Positions 38,017 to 52,705 of a DNA stretch of 64,000 nucleotides are shown here, piece after piece (positions within the stretch are counted from its first letter, which is position 1; each line of letters begins with the position of its first letter). This DNA comes from Cystobasidiomycetes sp. EMM_F5. Its lineage: Eukaryota. The stretch covers positions 310,001 through 374,000 of the forward strand of contig JBPGPT010000004.1 of the NCBI GenBank assembly GCA_051047955.1. The letters are read 5' to 3'. The position numbers were made by a program, and so were the translations under genes. Below the pieces are notes generated by a model. It was given only the letters and a program-made list of their open reading frames with translations, had not been told where the DNA came from and made no database searches.

Positions 38017-40818
38017 CTAATGAATGGTGACCGAAACAATCTTGATGTCATCGTACGGCTTGTCCATCTTATCGACGCGAGCATTCTCGATATTATGTAT
38101 GACTTCGTACCCAGATGTCGCTCGTCCGAAAATGCTTTGTAAGACACTCAGCAACGCACTGCACAGCAAACATGTCCGCGCCGACTTACGTATGCTTGCC
38201 GTCGAGCCATGGACATGGCACAGTAGTGATAAAGAATTGAGATCCGTTTGTTTTGGGACCAGCGTTGGCCATGCTCAATGTATAAGGCCGGTCATGCTTG
38301 ACGTTTGCGCTGATTTCGTCTTCGAAAGATTTGCCCCAGATCGATTCTCCGCCCGTACCGTCGCCGAGCGGGTCACCCGTTTGCAACTGTCATACTCGTC
38401 ATCAGTACCATTCGCAACTCAGGATCATCACTGCTCACCATGAATTTCTTGATGACTCTATGGAAGATAATGCCTTCGTAGTATGTAGACCTTGCATGAC
38501 CGACGAAATTCTCGACGGCTTTCGGCGCTACGTCCGGAAGCAGGTCAAAGTGGATGTCGCCTTTAGTCGTATGCAAGGTCGCTTGTCTAGCGAGTCTCTG
38601 AGGCTTATTGGCGCTCGATGTAGATACGCTTGCGATTGTGGCTTCTTCTCTCGTCGGCTTCTCGTTGAATACGTCACGTTCCGCTTTCGAGTCACTGTGC
38701 AAAGGGAGACCACCTTAGCGTTTGGAGTTGGGCATGACAGGGCGGAAACACACCTTTCCGGCTCAATTTGTGAGAACATGTAGAATCTGGAGCGCTTGAA
38801 GGCAGTGCAGAATAAGGTAGGATCGCGAGTTTTAGCTTGATTGAGTAGCGGGTTTTCGGATGCTGCCATGGCCTGTCGTTGATCATCTTAAACATCAGCG
38901 CAAGGAAGCAGATATAATCTGGGGATCTACTAACTATTGTTTGTAATCCTTTCTTGATCGGCGCTCCTTGGTACAGGCTTATGTTGAGGAATCTATGGTT
39001 CTCATCTCGTCCGAGAATTCGAACTAGCCTGTTGGTAATGGTGTTGATGACTTTCGAGAGTGGGTACGTCAGCAACTGGCTGGGTGCCAGGGAGCAAGCA
39101 ATACGGGTCGTACCTTTTATGCCGACCAGACTGGGATACAATATGAAATTGCCAGTCTCGTCCCAAGCTGCCGTCTCTCTTCTAGCAGATTCTGGGCTCC
39201 GTTCAGCTAATTCTTTCTCGATGGCAAGTCGTCTACCAAACTCCATTTCATCGAGCTTCATGCTCAATGCGCCATTGGTATCTGTCGAGGGTGCAGAGGA
39301 TGCTGTTCCCGCCTGCTGCAGCTCCTGTATAGCAGTAAGCGTCTCATCATACTTGCGATACAGCTTGCCAGTCAAGAAGGAGAATATCCTGATGTGACGA
39401 TCTGTCAGGAGCGAGGTTGTTACGAAATGGGATCCAGATGGGGAGATCGTGATGGAATTTGGCAGAGATTTCGTCTATCATAAGTAGGGTATTCAGTTCA
39501 GCTTGTGGCCGGGAGCGTGTAACTCATGTGGCAACGATACCTTTTTAAATTCGTACAAATCGGTATCGCTCTTGTATTTCCACATTCCCGGCACTTCTGC
39601 AAGCTCAAAGGGCTCCCTCGGCGACCAGTATTCGACCATGCCTTTGTCGTCAGCGCTGACGATTGTATCATATGCATCGTTGTACTTTTGACACGAAAAA
39701 TTGAGTGCCGTCAGCTTTACGGACATTTAAAAATTGAAGAGCAACCTACTGCTATAATGGTGACCTGCGATCCTTTCCTATGTACATTGGAGACCGTCAT
39801 CAGAGGTTGCCCATCGCCACTCCCATCATATATTCTGATGACATGAGATGACTCCTCTGCTACAGCCAATAATGCTCTGGCTTGCGTCTTCGGGTGCACC
39901 CAACACGCTGTAGTCGGTGTATAAGAAAGCGAAATCTGATTGATCATGTCTACAAACACACGTTTCGTCGTTAGCGCATACGGAAGAGAGACAGGGTCGT
40001 AACGACTGACCAAAGTTCTCCACATCGTAGACCTTTATGCTGCCTAGTGCGCTTTGATTGCCCGAACCGTCCGCTGATATCGTTGCGGCAATAGCACCAT
40101 CGGCAGAAACGGGCAGCGCAAGTATTGGGCTCAAATGCGCCCTGAACTGCTTGACGAACCTGTTTGAGCGAGTTTGTTGAGTACGCGTGTCAGCTGGGAA
40201 ACGTTTTGAGGGGAAGAAGCATGATCGTTACTCACTCTATGCCAACGCCGCCTAGCACGTCTGCCTGTTCTGAGGAAGATGGATCACGCTTCTTCCAGAA
40301 TTTCAACCAGCCGTCAGCTGACGCTGTCAGGACAAAGTCGGTTCTGCAGTAGTCAAGATTAGCCGTTGTCGTTGTCAGAGTGTTTACGAGCTTTGGACGT
40401 GCTTTGTGACTGCGACGCCAGTCAGGACATCTCTATGCATAAATGAGCCTGGAGAAAGAGAAGCATGTTAGACTTGAACAAAAGGGGTTACTGGAAGCCC
40501 ACGATAGTATCTCTCTGCGCTGGGCAAGTTATCCAGGTAGACTTGCTCGTGTTTGAGTATTCGACGTTTCTTTACTGCAACTGCCGCTTCGCTCGCGGCT
40601 TTACCACCATTCGACCCGTTCCCAGTGTTTAACGGCAGAGGCATTGGCCCAACATCGTCGTCGTCGCTGCTCTCATCATCTTCTGCTGCGCCGTCTTGAC
40701 CAACTCCGACTGATGGACTTGCTGACTGCTGAGCATTCTGACCATTCTTACTGCCCCCAGCATCAGCGTCTCCAGCTGAAGAGCCTGACCGGCCTCGCTT
40801 TCCGAGGCTTGTTGACAT
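38017..40818 (-). CDS. WD40-repeat cyclophilin (PPWD1/Cyp15-like peptidyl-prolyl isomerase)
   Basis: GPMP...[83 protein letters not shown]. Confidence 0.93.
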
Positions 40819-41304
40819 TTCTCCTCAATAGAGGACTACGGTAGTGAAATCAGGCAGAGTAACCACTTCGAGCTGCAGTTCCCAGACGGAAGCAGAGCCA
40901 AGGCGACCTTGTATTCCAAACGAAAAGCCGTCTAATCAAACAGCTGGAATAACACGACATCCGAATGAAGAACGTCGTCTACATATTATCGAGCTCAGAT
41001 TACTTTCAAACCCGCTCGCTGCTCGTTACAGGTCTGGACAGAGTCGCAGACCGCAGCGGAGACGGAAGACTGCGGGACCAGTCGACGACAGCCTGGCGAG
41101 CAGTGTTCATAAAATATCAGTACTGGAAGCAGTCTTTGCATTCTGCTTGTTGTCCGGTTCATTTGTACCTGCCGTGACATCTGCCAGGACTCATTTCAAA
41201 CTCCGAAGTCCTCCGTGACTTCATTTCTCTTGCCAACACTTTGCAGCTTTCTTGCTCAGACTTGCATACAACCCGCATACCAGCACAGCAACCAACCCGT
41301 CACC

Positions 41305-42641
41305 ATGACTTCCAGCATCAACCTGAAGCCCTTCGTTGCGTAAGTTCAGCGGCAGCCAGCCAGCGAGGAACCACAGAAACAGCAAAGGAAAGCTGACCGC
41401 AGTGTCCCGTATTGACCGTCAGCCCAATCCCGCCGTCCTACAAGGACTTTGGCAAGCCAATCACTGACCTGCTCGGCAAGGACTACCCGCTCGGTGTCTC
41501 CCTCTTGGTGCGTTCAGGCAGAAGACGGGCCTTTTTAATCAGAGCAGCGTCGACCTGGAACACAGCCAGCAATGGCATATAGCGGTGTTTGACTGATACA
41601 TTGTGTCTGCGCTCTGGCTGCGATGCTGCTCCCACATACAGGAGGTCAAGACCCGGGCTCCAAATGGCGTCAACTTCACCGCAAAGATTGCCCAGGATAC
41701 CGTAAAGGATGTCATCCTCGGGTGAGTCGCACCAGAAGGTGATACACGAAAATCTATCAAAGCTGAAGCAAACGTTTATCTCGCGTCTGCAGCGACCTCG
41801 AAGGCAAATACGTCGACGGAAAAAACGGCATCACCGTCACCCAGACATGGCTCACCAACAACTCGCTCAAGACCTTGGTCGAGCTTGATGGCCAGATTGC
41901 CAAGGGTGAGCCAGATCGCTTCCATATGCACAATCTAGGGTCTTGCTCACCCACTCTCTGCTGCCAGGCTTGAAGGTAGAGGCCCTGGGTCAACTCAACC
42001 CGGACAAGAACACAAAGTCAGCTTTGGTCACCGCGACTTACCGTCAACCCGCTTTCCACGGCCGTCTCATCACCGACGTCTTCAACGGACCCGCGGTCAC
42101 CGCCGATGCAGTAGTCGGCCAGGACGGCTTCCTCGTCGGTGTCGAGTCCAAATTTGATGCCCAGAAGCAGGTCCTCAAGTCGTACGCTGCCGGTCTCGGC
42201 TACTCTGCTCCAGAGTACTCTGTCACTCTCAAGGCCCTCGATGCCCTGTCCACCTTCCAGGCCGGATACTACCACCGCGTCAACCGCGATACTGAGGCCG
42301 GTGCTCTGGCCACATACTCGACCAAGAAGCAGGGCGCTGTTGGCCTCGAGGTCGGTGCAAAGACCTACCTCGATGCTGCTGCCTTCGTCAGTAAGTGGTT
42401 ACATGTTTAGCTGTATTATCTGCGTAGTATTTGACTGATATTGACTATCCACAACGCAGAGGCTAAGATTAACAACACTGGTCTAATCACCTTTGGCTAC
42501 ACTCAAGCCCTCCGACCAGGCGTCAAGTTTACCGGCGGTCTCCAGCTCGATACCCTGAAATTCTCGGGCAAGGACGCCGCGGAAAAGCCAGCTGTCGCGG
42601 ATGTCGCAAAGGTCGGCGTCAGCTTCGTCTTTGAGGCCTAG
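41305..42641 (+). CDS. POR1: Mitochondrial outer-membrane porin (VDAC)
   Basis: PPSYKDFGK..DLLGKDYP, EVKTRAPNGVNF, GYYHRVN, GLEVGAKTYLD, AKINNTG...YTQALRPGVK, KVGVSFVFEA. Confidence 0.95.
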
Positions 42642-42876
42642 ACTGTCGACAGGCAGAAGAAGGCCTTGGGATGAGACTCAACTGGGTGACCTTGGGCCAG
42701 TATGACGACGGCGGTTTATAGCTTGAAAGGCGTTGAAGCTCGCTCGGGATTTCATCTAGACATCTATTCTTCCGTTGTTCCTTCATATCATACAAAAAGT
42801 AACTCCTTATATGCTCAGATGCTTTGCGGTTGCTCCCTCTGACACAACTTGTGCCAAACTCGCTTCTAACAATGCC

Positions 42877-45800
42877 ATGCCAGCACCGCAGCCAGAGAAG
42901 CTCGAGGACAGCACAGATGTTTTGGGGAAGGAGTCTGTAAACCTGACGCTGTGGGTGCACAGTCCCGAGCAGTACGCCAGCCAGACGCAGGCCAGAGAAC
43001 AGCCAGACGGTGTTGCCAATGTCGCGGGCGATACTTTGGCGGGGACGACAAGCAGCAGCAGTACTAATGCGACGACAGCAGCAGCCGGAGCAGCGCAAAA
43101 GACTGCAACTTCCAGTAATGCTACCGCAGGCTTGAAGGCTTCTACGTCTGGACCGCCGGCAGGTCCACCTGCATTAGCCACACCACTATCGCACGAAATC
43201 ATCATAGCCGTCGAGCAATTCAGGCAGGATAATCCCAATGGCCTACATCTATCGGTCGGAGATGTCGTCGAAGTCCGAAAAGCGCCAAAAGTGCCGACAT
43301 TAGCCAGAAAAACGGGTTCAGATAAGATTGCGCAGGCTGACGGTGCCAATCCGACGGCTAACGGCGATGCTGCTGGGCTCATCATCAGACTAGAGAAAGC
43401 CTCGATGGCTCCGGATAGTTGTAGTCCCTTGCTTCAGGTGCGCTGTAACCTATACTCACTGTACATTGGGTGAACATTCTCACATTCGCCGTGTTTCAGC
43501 TATCAATGACGAATACGCTTGCACAAGCATTCAAGCTGGAGAACAGAGATCAAATCGCTATGAAGAAGGTGAGTTGTACTAGTTGGGTTCGAGCGATTGA
43601 TTGGCATTGAATCCGCGACGCGGTAGATACCTTCCCCGCTTCCTGCCGAATACATGGCAGATCACGTCGAACTATTCTTCAAGGACCAGTATCTGTTCGT
43701 TGATGAGAGCTCTTTCGAGTCTTGGATACTTCGGCTGAGTACCACATCCGTGACAGAGGGCGCACCGATATGCATCGCATCTCTTTGGCTTTAGCCGATA
43801 CATGCGTATACATCGGTCAAAAAGTTCATCTGGCTGGCCTCAACACGCGAGCTAGAGTTGGTGGCATATGGGTACATGGCAAGCAGGTGGGATTATTGCC
43901 AGCGTACACTTGCAGAGCCTGCGCCTGAACACGAGATTCGACAGCGCAAATCAGCTCTCGTGACGAGTGAGACGCGTACAGTGTTTCGCTCGGAGAGTGC
44001 CAAGTTCTACATCTTTGTTCAACTATCTAAGGAAATGTGGGCTTTCGATGATGACGGCTCGGTAAATCGTGTGCTTCCGGAAATCTGTATCTTTGAGGCT
44101 GACTACAAAAATTCCTCCTCAAGCTATTCTTTGAGAAGGCGGTTGATCTCTTCCTGCCCGAATTGTTCTCACGATGGCAAAAGCGCGAAACCAATCATGT
44201 CGTTTCCCTTGTGGCATTTTCGCGTATAATGTATGAGGAAGCCGATGCCGAATTTCTGCAGATTCGTGCCCTAAACAGCTCGACTACGAGTTGCGCTTCT
44301 GGTGGTAAGCAAAGATATGTGGACGTCTATAAGGTCAGAACTTCCGCCGGGCGAGAAAGCCAACCACTATCTAACGTCTTGTGAAGGTCATCATTGACCT
44401 CGAAACAAATCCTCACTGGCCTGATGTTCTCCGGTCCTTGCGCGGACAATGTGAGTACTACTTTCTACCCTTTTATCCTGTATTGACACTCTTCATATTA
44501 CACAGTCCACAACTTCCGAGAACAAGTCCTGCTAAACATTGCACCGCGAATGGATGGGAAAATGGCTGGCCGAATCTCCTGGGCACACGAAGGTGGTGTA
44601 CTTGAAGCAATCAATATGGCTGTGTCGGCACTGGACAAGCATTATGTCGATCGGGATCTGCAGAGAACCGGTCTCAGCATTATTGTGATTACAGCAGGGA
44701 CTTCTAGATTCAACGTGGATAAGAATCTGCTTAGACTTACGACAGAACGTATGGTGGACGAAGGCTTCGGCGTCGATTGCGTTTCCCTTGCCAAGATGCC
44801 TCTGCATGCCGTACCTTTGTTCCGCTACACCGGGGCGATCCTTAACAACGATAATACCAGCCAAACTGTCGATCATCTATATATCGACGATGCGGCTGTT
44901 CGATCAGATGGGCAGACAGATGGAAAGCGTGCCGAATTCTATGCTATACCGCATTGGGTGGACTCCAGTTTCTATGCCAAACATCAGGACAAGCCGTTTC
45001 GTTGCGACCGTTTCCTTCCACGATGTCGAATGCCGCAGATCCAGAAGACTGGAGTGGCCGAATACGAGAATGCAAGCATTCATTTGCCTCTAATCAACGA
45101 CGAAACGCAGTCTTTTGTCAAAAATACTCGAGAATGGCAGGAAATGTCAGAGCGCGAGAAAAGACACAAGAATTGGGCACTGTACGATCAAGTGGCATGC
45201 GGCGCGAAGGGCAAGTATGAATTGCTGGATCTGGCCGGAGAGCGGACCAGGTCTACAAGCGGTCTGAGCGTCGACGCAGGGAGGTCACTCGGCTCTAGCA
45301 CCAGTCTTTCTAGTTCCTCCTCTTCAGTCAGCAGCAATACTTCTGGGAATCGCACACACATTCCTGAGGAGGTCGGGCCTATCGAGGTGACAAGCTTGCA
45401 GGCAGGCGCATCCGGCAACCGCGAGAGCTTTACTGCGCGGCGTCAGCGTATGCCGTTGAGTTTGGATGTCAATACTCAGGATCCTCGGACGAGGAAGGAG
45501 CAAGGCACCTCTTTGCCTTCACCAGCAGGTTTGGCACTGGCAGATACTCCCATCACGGCGGCCCAGCTCAGCCCGCTCAAATCATCACGTTCCATTTCGC
45601 GACCGGGAAGGAAAAGGGCTGACTCAGGAGCATCGTCATCAACCATATCTCGGGCAAACAGCGGCTTTCTACCACGCGCTCCTTCGTTAGCCTTGGCTCA
45701 TCTCGGTAGCGGACCGCCCACACCTATTCGTGAAAGCCCGTCCGCGGCCCCGACAGATCGTCGTGTTGCGTCTGGTATCCTGAGCACGGGTAGACAGGAC

Positions 45801-48800
45801 AGCGACGGCAAAATTCTGGCGTCCAAAACCTCCTCTTCTGCTCTGTCCGCGTTGAGGCTAATCGGTACAAAGTCCAGCACCAACGCAACACCAACGCCGA
45901 CCAATGCGTCCGCCGGCACTGGCTGGTTCTGGCAGAGAAAGCGTAATGCATCAATAGCACCGAAAGCTGAAGCCGCGGCACCAGACACCGCACCAAAGGT
46001 TGTCGGGGGCAGACAGGCGGGGAATCAAGACACCTCACCCAGTCGCGGTGTATTCGGATCTGCAAAGCCCTCTCTGGCGCCACCAAGCCTTTCGTCCCTC
46101 GCCCCCTCCGAAGACTCACCGAAGACAAGTGCGACCTTGTCCGTGACGCCGGCCACACCAGCATCTGCCTCAGTTTCCTCAACTCCCCATATTCCAATTT
46201 CGACTGTAGGGCAGCACAGACTTTCCGCTCTGCAGACCGCATCTGCGGCTTTCCAGGTGACATCAAATGACGCCCTTGCCGACCCAAGGTCGCTGGAGGA
46301 ACACAGTCTACACACCTACTTCCTCGACGCGGCGCGGCAAGGAAATGTCAGTATGCGAGCCGTCAAGGAGAAACTGAATCGTGCTCGACTAAAGCGGCTC
46401 AGCACCCTGAATCCTAGCAATCCAGCGGTCAGCTTTACTATGCTTATTGATCAAAGCCGCCGATGGATCAACATCTTTCCTCGAGCCAGTAAAAGCAACA
46501 ACCAGCGAAGCATCAAGTGGAAATCTTTATGTGAGCTTACTGGCATTGGTACTAGGGCATTTGCTGATGTCGTCCTAGGTACACCGGCCTGCCTGCCACT
46601 GTATTCTGACTACATACCCCTTGTTCACAACCTGGAGAAAACGCATACTAGAGACACTTGGGCGCTCCCAGTGACCGCCGGGACTATATCATTCCTTCTA
46701 AAACCTGGCAGAAACGTCACCGAGGCGGCTGGCAATCTCCTTAGAGAGCTTGTGTACCAGCGTCTTGCTCAATCATACCAGATACTCATGCCCACATATG
46801 ACGATATCCGATCTCGGAGAGCAATGTTTAAAGACGATCAGCAACAGCAGCCAGACGGCTTCATTCTGCCATCTGCGGGACAGATTCGGCATATTTTGTA
46901 CAACACAACCGAAGGCGAGGGTCGGGACATATATCTTGGTCTTTCCAATTGTATCCAGCGGTTGCGCTTCGATAGACCGTCATCCTCAGTTGTCATAACT
47001 CGCTGGCGAGAAAACATCGCCTGGTCGTCCGAATCTGTCTCATATCAGTATATGCTGTCATCTGGACAGTCTTCAAACTTCATTGGGCGCACTGCACGCT
47101 TTAGCTACCCTCAAGTCAACGAGTATAAGTGGGAAGCCCTAGATAGGCTGATTGCAACTTCGCTGGAGCCCGCATGGGACGAAAAACTACGGTATTGGCG
47201 GACACGATTTATCCTCGTGCCCACTGAGGTCGTCGATGTTCCGTCAGCTGTCCTGGCCAGTCATAGAGTTCTGGAGGAGTCGGCCACCGATGATGATGTA
47301 CGTACATTCGGCATCATGAACCTTTACGAAAATTTCAGCAAAGTCCGATGGATACCGCAAGGCAAAGACGCTGCGCCTGCCGGGTTACCCCTGTCAGTCG
47401 CACGATCCGATGTTTTACATATGTTGACTTATCTCATACCCGACCCCCGCGCAGATCCTACTCGACTACGATACTGGACCCATCACTGTTCGCAGCTGCC
47501 GAGGCTTTCCGGCTCGGTCCGCTCGTCCCAGACTGGAGGTCACCATCTCTGGATGTTCCCCTTCCCGACGCATACGAGGCCGACCTTTTCGTTGAAGACT
47601 ACAGTACAGATGAATTGGCCCGTCATTTGCAAGAAAGCTCGCGACCTTTGAATCTTCAGCCTCGTCGTAGAGGGTTTCGTAACGTTGAGCATTGCTTCTC
47701 GGGCGAAGCGCTCGTCAGTTGGCTCATCAATGAGTTTGTGGATGTTCCGAATCGGGAGGTTGCTGTCGGTATCGCCCACAAACTGCTCGACGCTGGCAAG
47801 ATTGCTGCCCTCAACCCACCGAACTACTTCAGAGACACGTAAGCTATACATCCACAGACGTATCGTATGACTGAATCTATTGAGTCATGGTCATAGATAT
47901 ACCTTCTATCGCTTACCGAATCATGTAGTGGTTCAGAGCGAGAAGCGTTCTATCAAGTCCCCCACCATATGGCAGCAGACAGGCACTGCCTACTCGAACC
48001 GGAATCACTCACAGACACCTTCGTCAGAGGAGCCGCCAAGCTCTGTGCCTTCCGATACCAGTCCACGTCTAGACAAGGCTGGCCATCCTGTCGTAACTAT
48101 GTCCCACAAAATCTACATCAACGTTGACACTCATAAGAAATCAGATCGTAACGAGGTAGCATTGCTGCATTTCGATATCGCTCACAATATAGCAAACGGC
48201 TTCCATCTGCAACTGGATTGGATGTGTACATCCCGCCTTGTGGAGGACTTGATCTCCAGCTGGCAACGCAATATAGAAAAGTTTGGCTATCGAATGATGT
48301 ACGTGGGACTCTCGTGATCAAGCATCAATTGACGTATTGGCATGTTTGGTCTGTAAACAGTGAAGGCAATATCCGACAGATCAAGGACATAACTCTTGAC
48401 AACCCCTTGCAAGGTGAGTCAGCAGGAGATTTCGGAAAAAGCTCTTATAAAACCTCTCTGCAGCTCCTGAATACATACACCTAGCGACATCTCCGCCCAA
48501 CATTCATAATCTCGCCGAAGTGAGCAGAGACGGAGAACATTACCACCATCCGCTGATTTCGATTATACCGCAGAAATTGGGGCCGCAAGTCGTGGCGAAG
48601 GACTATTTTCAGAATCAGCTACTACGAATGTTGGACTATCTTATGGATATCGGTGCGTCTTGACCTCGCTTGCGTCGACGATGATGTATACTGACACTCT
48701 ATCATTGTTGCCAGAGGCCGACTCAAACTTTGCATCATATCTACATGCCGAGTACTCGTATCGCAAGTCAAAGTGCGAACACTCGCAGTTTGTACATCGT

Positions 48801-49109
48801 TCCGGAGGCGCCTTTGTACAGATCGCACCCAACGGGAGAGGCTTCTTATTTCTCAAGAATCGACTGTTCTTATCGCATCGCCAGCAGGGCCGGTCGAGCA
48901 CGCAGGAGGAAGCAGGTTGGGTTGATCCTAATATGCTCAAAAAGGAATTGCAAGACATCTGCGGGGATGTCGATGCGCTGTCTCAACGATGGGATGACAT
49001 ACTAGCTGCAGGGATCGAGCGTGCTGAGGCTATGGCTCAAGCCGAGAGATTTGACGACATCGATGACGAGTCGGATGAGGCTGAAGTGGAACCTTCGACA
49101 ATAACCTGA
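42877..49109 (+). CDS. IML1: GATOR1/SEACIT subunit Iml1 (DEPDC5 orthologue), multi-exon
   Basis: ELFFKDQYLGRTDM, VFRSESAKFYIFVQLSKEMWAFD, LEAINMA...DRDLQRTG, PLHAVPLF, KWKSL.TPACLPL, DEP domain CFSGEALVSWL, QFVHRSG. Confidence 0.93.
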
Positions 49110-49396
49110 TGGCGACGAAGCAGGGTCAATATTCGATCGTGGAACAGTCATTAAGCAATTTAGCATTGAAGCAGTACATTCTGTTGTTGATACCCTGAAG
49201 GCAACTAAGCACTGACAGTATGCAGGCTGCCACTAAGCAAGCCAGCTAGAAATACAAGGTAATCCACGAAAGCATGCCGTTGGAAGCTGCGAAGCGAATA
49301 CAGAATGTACAAATTGTCTCGTGCACAGATACCGAGAGTTGTTGCCCATTTCTGAAGGGAAGTTGTCGTTTGTGCATGCCGTTCTTGTCTTATTTC

Positions 49397-52300
49397 TTAC
49401 ATTGTCACATGTGCGCTTATTCTGCCATGACGGATGAGCGCGTCTTTTCTCGAGAAGGTTTTTCTGCACGTCGCACACGACCATTTTGCCTTTTCGCCTG
49501 TCGAGTTGTGTACAGTCTCCATATGTCTCGCTTGATCGTACGGGCGTCTGAACTTTGTCGGGCATCTGATGCCAGTCTTAGGATCAACATAGTCGCATTC
49601 AATGGTGCCAGAGCCAGCAGGCGCTTGACGTGGTCTGGATGCAGATGAAGAAGCTTCCGGAAGCGGGTTGCCTTCTGCGTCAAGGGCGACTGCGCCCGGT
49701 GTAGCTGGGCCACCGAGCGAGTTCCGCCCCGACTTGGCCGAGTTACCACCGAGTCCAGCTAACTGAGCAGACGATGATGGTCCGACGGGAGTACCTGCAG
49801 ATTGCTGGGCATTCGAATTTGGTATCGCTCTTCGATGCTTCTTTCGCGCGGGTTTGCCAAACGAGTCGTCGGAATCATCTGCAACCCACTCATCCTCGTC
49901 CTCGTCCGACCCAGAGTCATCATCGCGCAGGGCTTCAATGTGATCTTCTATATTTTGTTGCGGCACTCGCTCGCCAGACAGTGCCGCAGCGGCAGCGGCG
50001 GCGGCAGCAGCTTCCGACGATAAGTGATTGCCAACACCAATATCGGGTCCGCCGGTAAGCATACCGTTGTTGAGATGTAATCCTCCATTGTTTAATATTC
50101 CCAGGCTCGCATTGCCCATGGCGGAAGCCTGAGCAGCAGCAGCCTGTTCCTGAGCGGCCTGGTTCTGATAGTATTGCTGGATGAGCTGTCTCTGCTGTGC
50201 GAAATGGGCTTGAGCTTGTTCTGCCGACTTTTTGCGAGACTCGCGTATGGGTCTGCCCGTCGCTGATTGGTCTGCACCTCCTCCAAATCCAAACACGCCA
50301 TCATCGCCATCAGACGTATCGTCTCCGGTAGTTGTACGAATCGACCGACCGCCTTTACCATTCCCTGCACCTCCTGAATTGGATCGACGTGGAGGGTTGG
50401 GTACCCCAGCTCCGGTAGACGATACCGATCCTTTGCCTCTCGCTCGCTTCCTCGCACTCCCGTTTCCGTCCATACCACCTAGAGCATTCATTGAAGATTC
50501 TGCTCCGCCTCCGCTCGAGAGATTTGCATTATGCGCATAGTGTTGTGCTACATCTGCCGCAGACATGAGATTACCATAAGGTCCACCTGGCGCCTGCGCA
50601 TACTGTGAAAACTGATTCATCTGCGGTGGTTGTACGCCTCCTACACCCGCATGCTGTTGTTGCTGATGAGCTGCAAGCTGAGCAGCAGCATGTTGCTGGG
50701 CCTGATATTGCTGCTGCTGATGCTGAGGCGGGAAATGCTGGGCAAAAGCGTGTGCATGTGCATTGTGATTATTGGCATTATTGGCATGCTGTGATTGTCC
50801 CATGGCAGCAGCAGCAGCCGCAGCAGCTTTTGCGTTTTCTTCGGCTGCTAGACTAGCTAGGATAGCTTGATGCGAAAAGAAGGAACCGTCATGAAACCCT
50901 AGTGGAGCCGGTGCAGATTGGTAGTTGAGAGGACCAGGCCCGCCGGCACCGGACGTCCCTTGTTGAGACTGTTGTTGAGATTGCTGGGATTGCTGCTGTG
51001 CTTGTGACGGTGACTGCATCTGCGAGCCGGGCACGGCGATATCGTTCGAGCGCGTGGCAGACATGCTGAGTGCTGGTGAATTGAATCCGGCAAATTGGGC
51101 ATAGGCGGGCGATGATTGTTGTTGTGTGATATTCTGTTGCCCTCTGAGTCCCGCTTGATGCGCTGTCGGCATAGGAGGCAGAGGTTGGGGACCCTGAGGT
51201 TTCTGATCCTTCATCTGCATGTTTGTCTGTTGTTTGTGTTGTTGAGGTATGCTTGGCTGACCTAGCATGCCACTACTGCCCTTCTCCACCCTCTTGTCGG
51301 CGCCTTCGTCAACCGGCGAAAGTGATGGCTTTCCAGTAATGTCTGAATAATCGCCAAACGCTTCCTCTGGCAAAAGGGTCTGCGCAGGTCCAGGGGTACG
51401 GATGAGACCGTCACCGGTATTCTTGAGAAAACTAGGCTGGCCTGATCTATGTGGTCTCTTGGATCCTTCTTCCCCTTGACCCGGTAAGTGCTCGTCAAAA
51501 TACGAAGTATTGCTCGCGTTTGAACGAGACGAAACAGGCTTTAGCGTAGAAGGCTCAGTCTTGACTCTATCTGACGTAGTATCGTGGCTCGCTAGCCTTG
51601 CAACTCGATGCGCAGAAGCTGTCGCAATCTCCTGTCCGGCTGTTGTTGTGCGCGTTGGCGAGTTGAGAGGAGGAGACGCCGGGGGAAAACAGACTGGACC
51701 ACTCTCTGCGTCTAGCTGTCTGTCGAGGTTGCTGTAGTAGCAAAGAATCGATAAGTCTCGGAATGCATGCGACAGCGTCTGAATATGTCATGTGGCCACT
51801 CACTCTTCACCGATTCTCTCTTGAGTTGCCCGACTGTTGCCGTCACTGTTGTCTTCAGGCGGATACTCTTGCTTTACTGTCGGGGGCTCGGTATGATCGC
51901 GTAAATCGTACGAGCAGGCTGAAGATTCGCTGTACTTGTTGGAGGATGTGCCAGAAGTGGACGCAACTGGGTTGACGGTACCAGAGTCACCAGCTAGACT
52001 AAAGTCGTCCTGAGAAGCGAGAATGGTGTTCGAGTTGCGGAAACTCGTCGGACTAGTCTTCTTCTGCGACAATGGCGATGGAGGCCTCGATAGGGTCTCG
52101 TTCATCCGAGAGTGGGGGTGATGCACTACCTCTGGAAAGAGGGTCCAATCGTCTTCCTCGTCGGTGTAGTAGTCGATGTGCGAGGTTGGATTGTAATAGT
52201 CTTTATACGGGCTGTAAATGTACCCTTCTTCCTCCTTCTTAATACCCTTGATCGGGCTCGTCGCAGCGGGAAAGAGGTCGACGAGTCCACCGCTGCCGTG

Positions 52301-52402
52301 CTCGCTGTGCCCAGACTGCGGGCTCAGGAATAGGCTGTCCGAGTCTACTCCGACGATGAAGGGGGATGATGTCGTAGGCGGCAGTCTGTGGGCAGCGTGC
52401 AT
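49397..52402 (-). CDS. C2H2 zinc-finger transcription factor (two C-terminal fingers, Rpn4-like), Gln/Ala-rich, 2 exons
   Basis: CPTKFRRPYDQARHMETVH and CATCRKTFSRKDALIRH. The frame stays open from 51373 up to an acceptor near 51732 and joins ORF 51800-52402 via a gtgagt donor. Confidence 0.88.
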
Positions 52403-52705
52403 GGGATTGTTAATGGATGATTAGGAATGGGTTGTAATGGATTACAAAGGAGAGAGGGGGGTTGAATTAGAAAATAAATGGACAACCACTCAGAAACAAG
52501 ATGGGATGACTCCTGCTTACATCTCACGCCACCCTTGCAGCCGTTCTGTTGTAATGTGGCGATTACGGAAACGCTCAAGTTCACCGCCTCCTCTTTGAAG
52601 ATTCTCGGTCGATCGCTGAGTAAGCACCCGACATTACACGGAGCACATCGCACATCGACCACAACACAGACAGCACTGATGACTAATTCACACTCTCTGA
52701 CTAAT

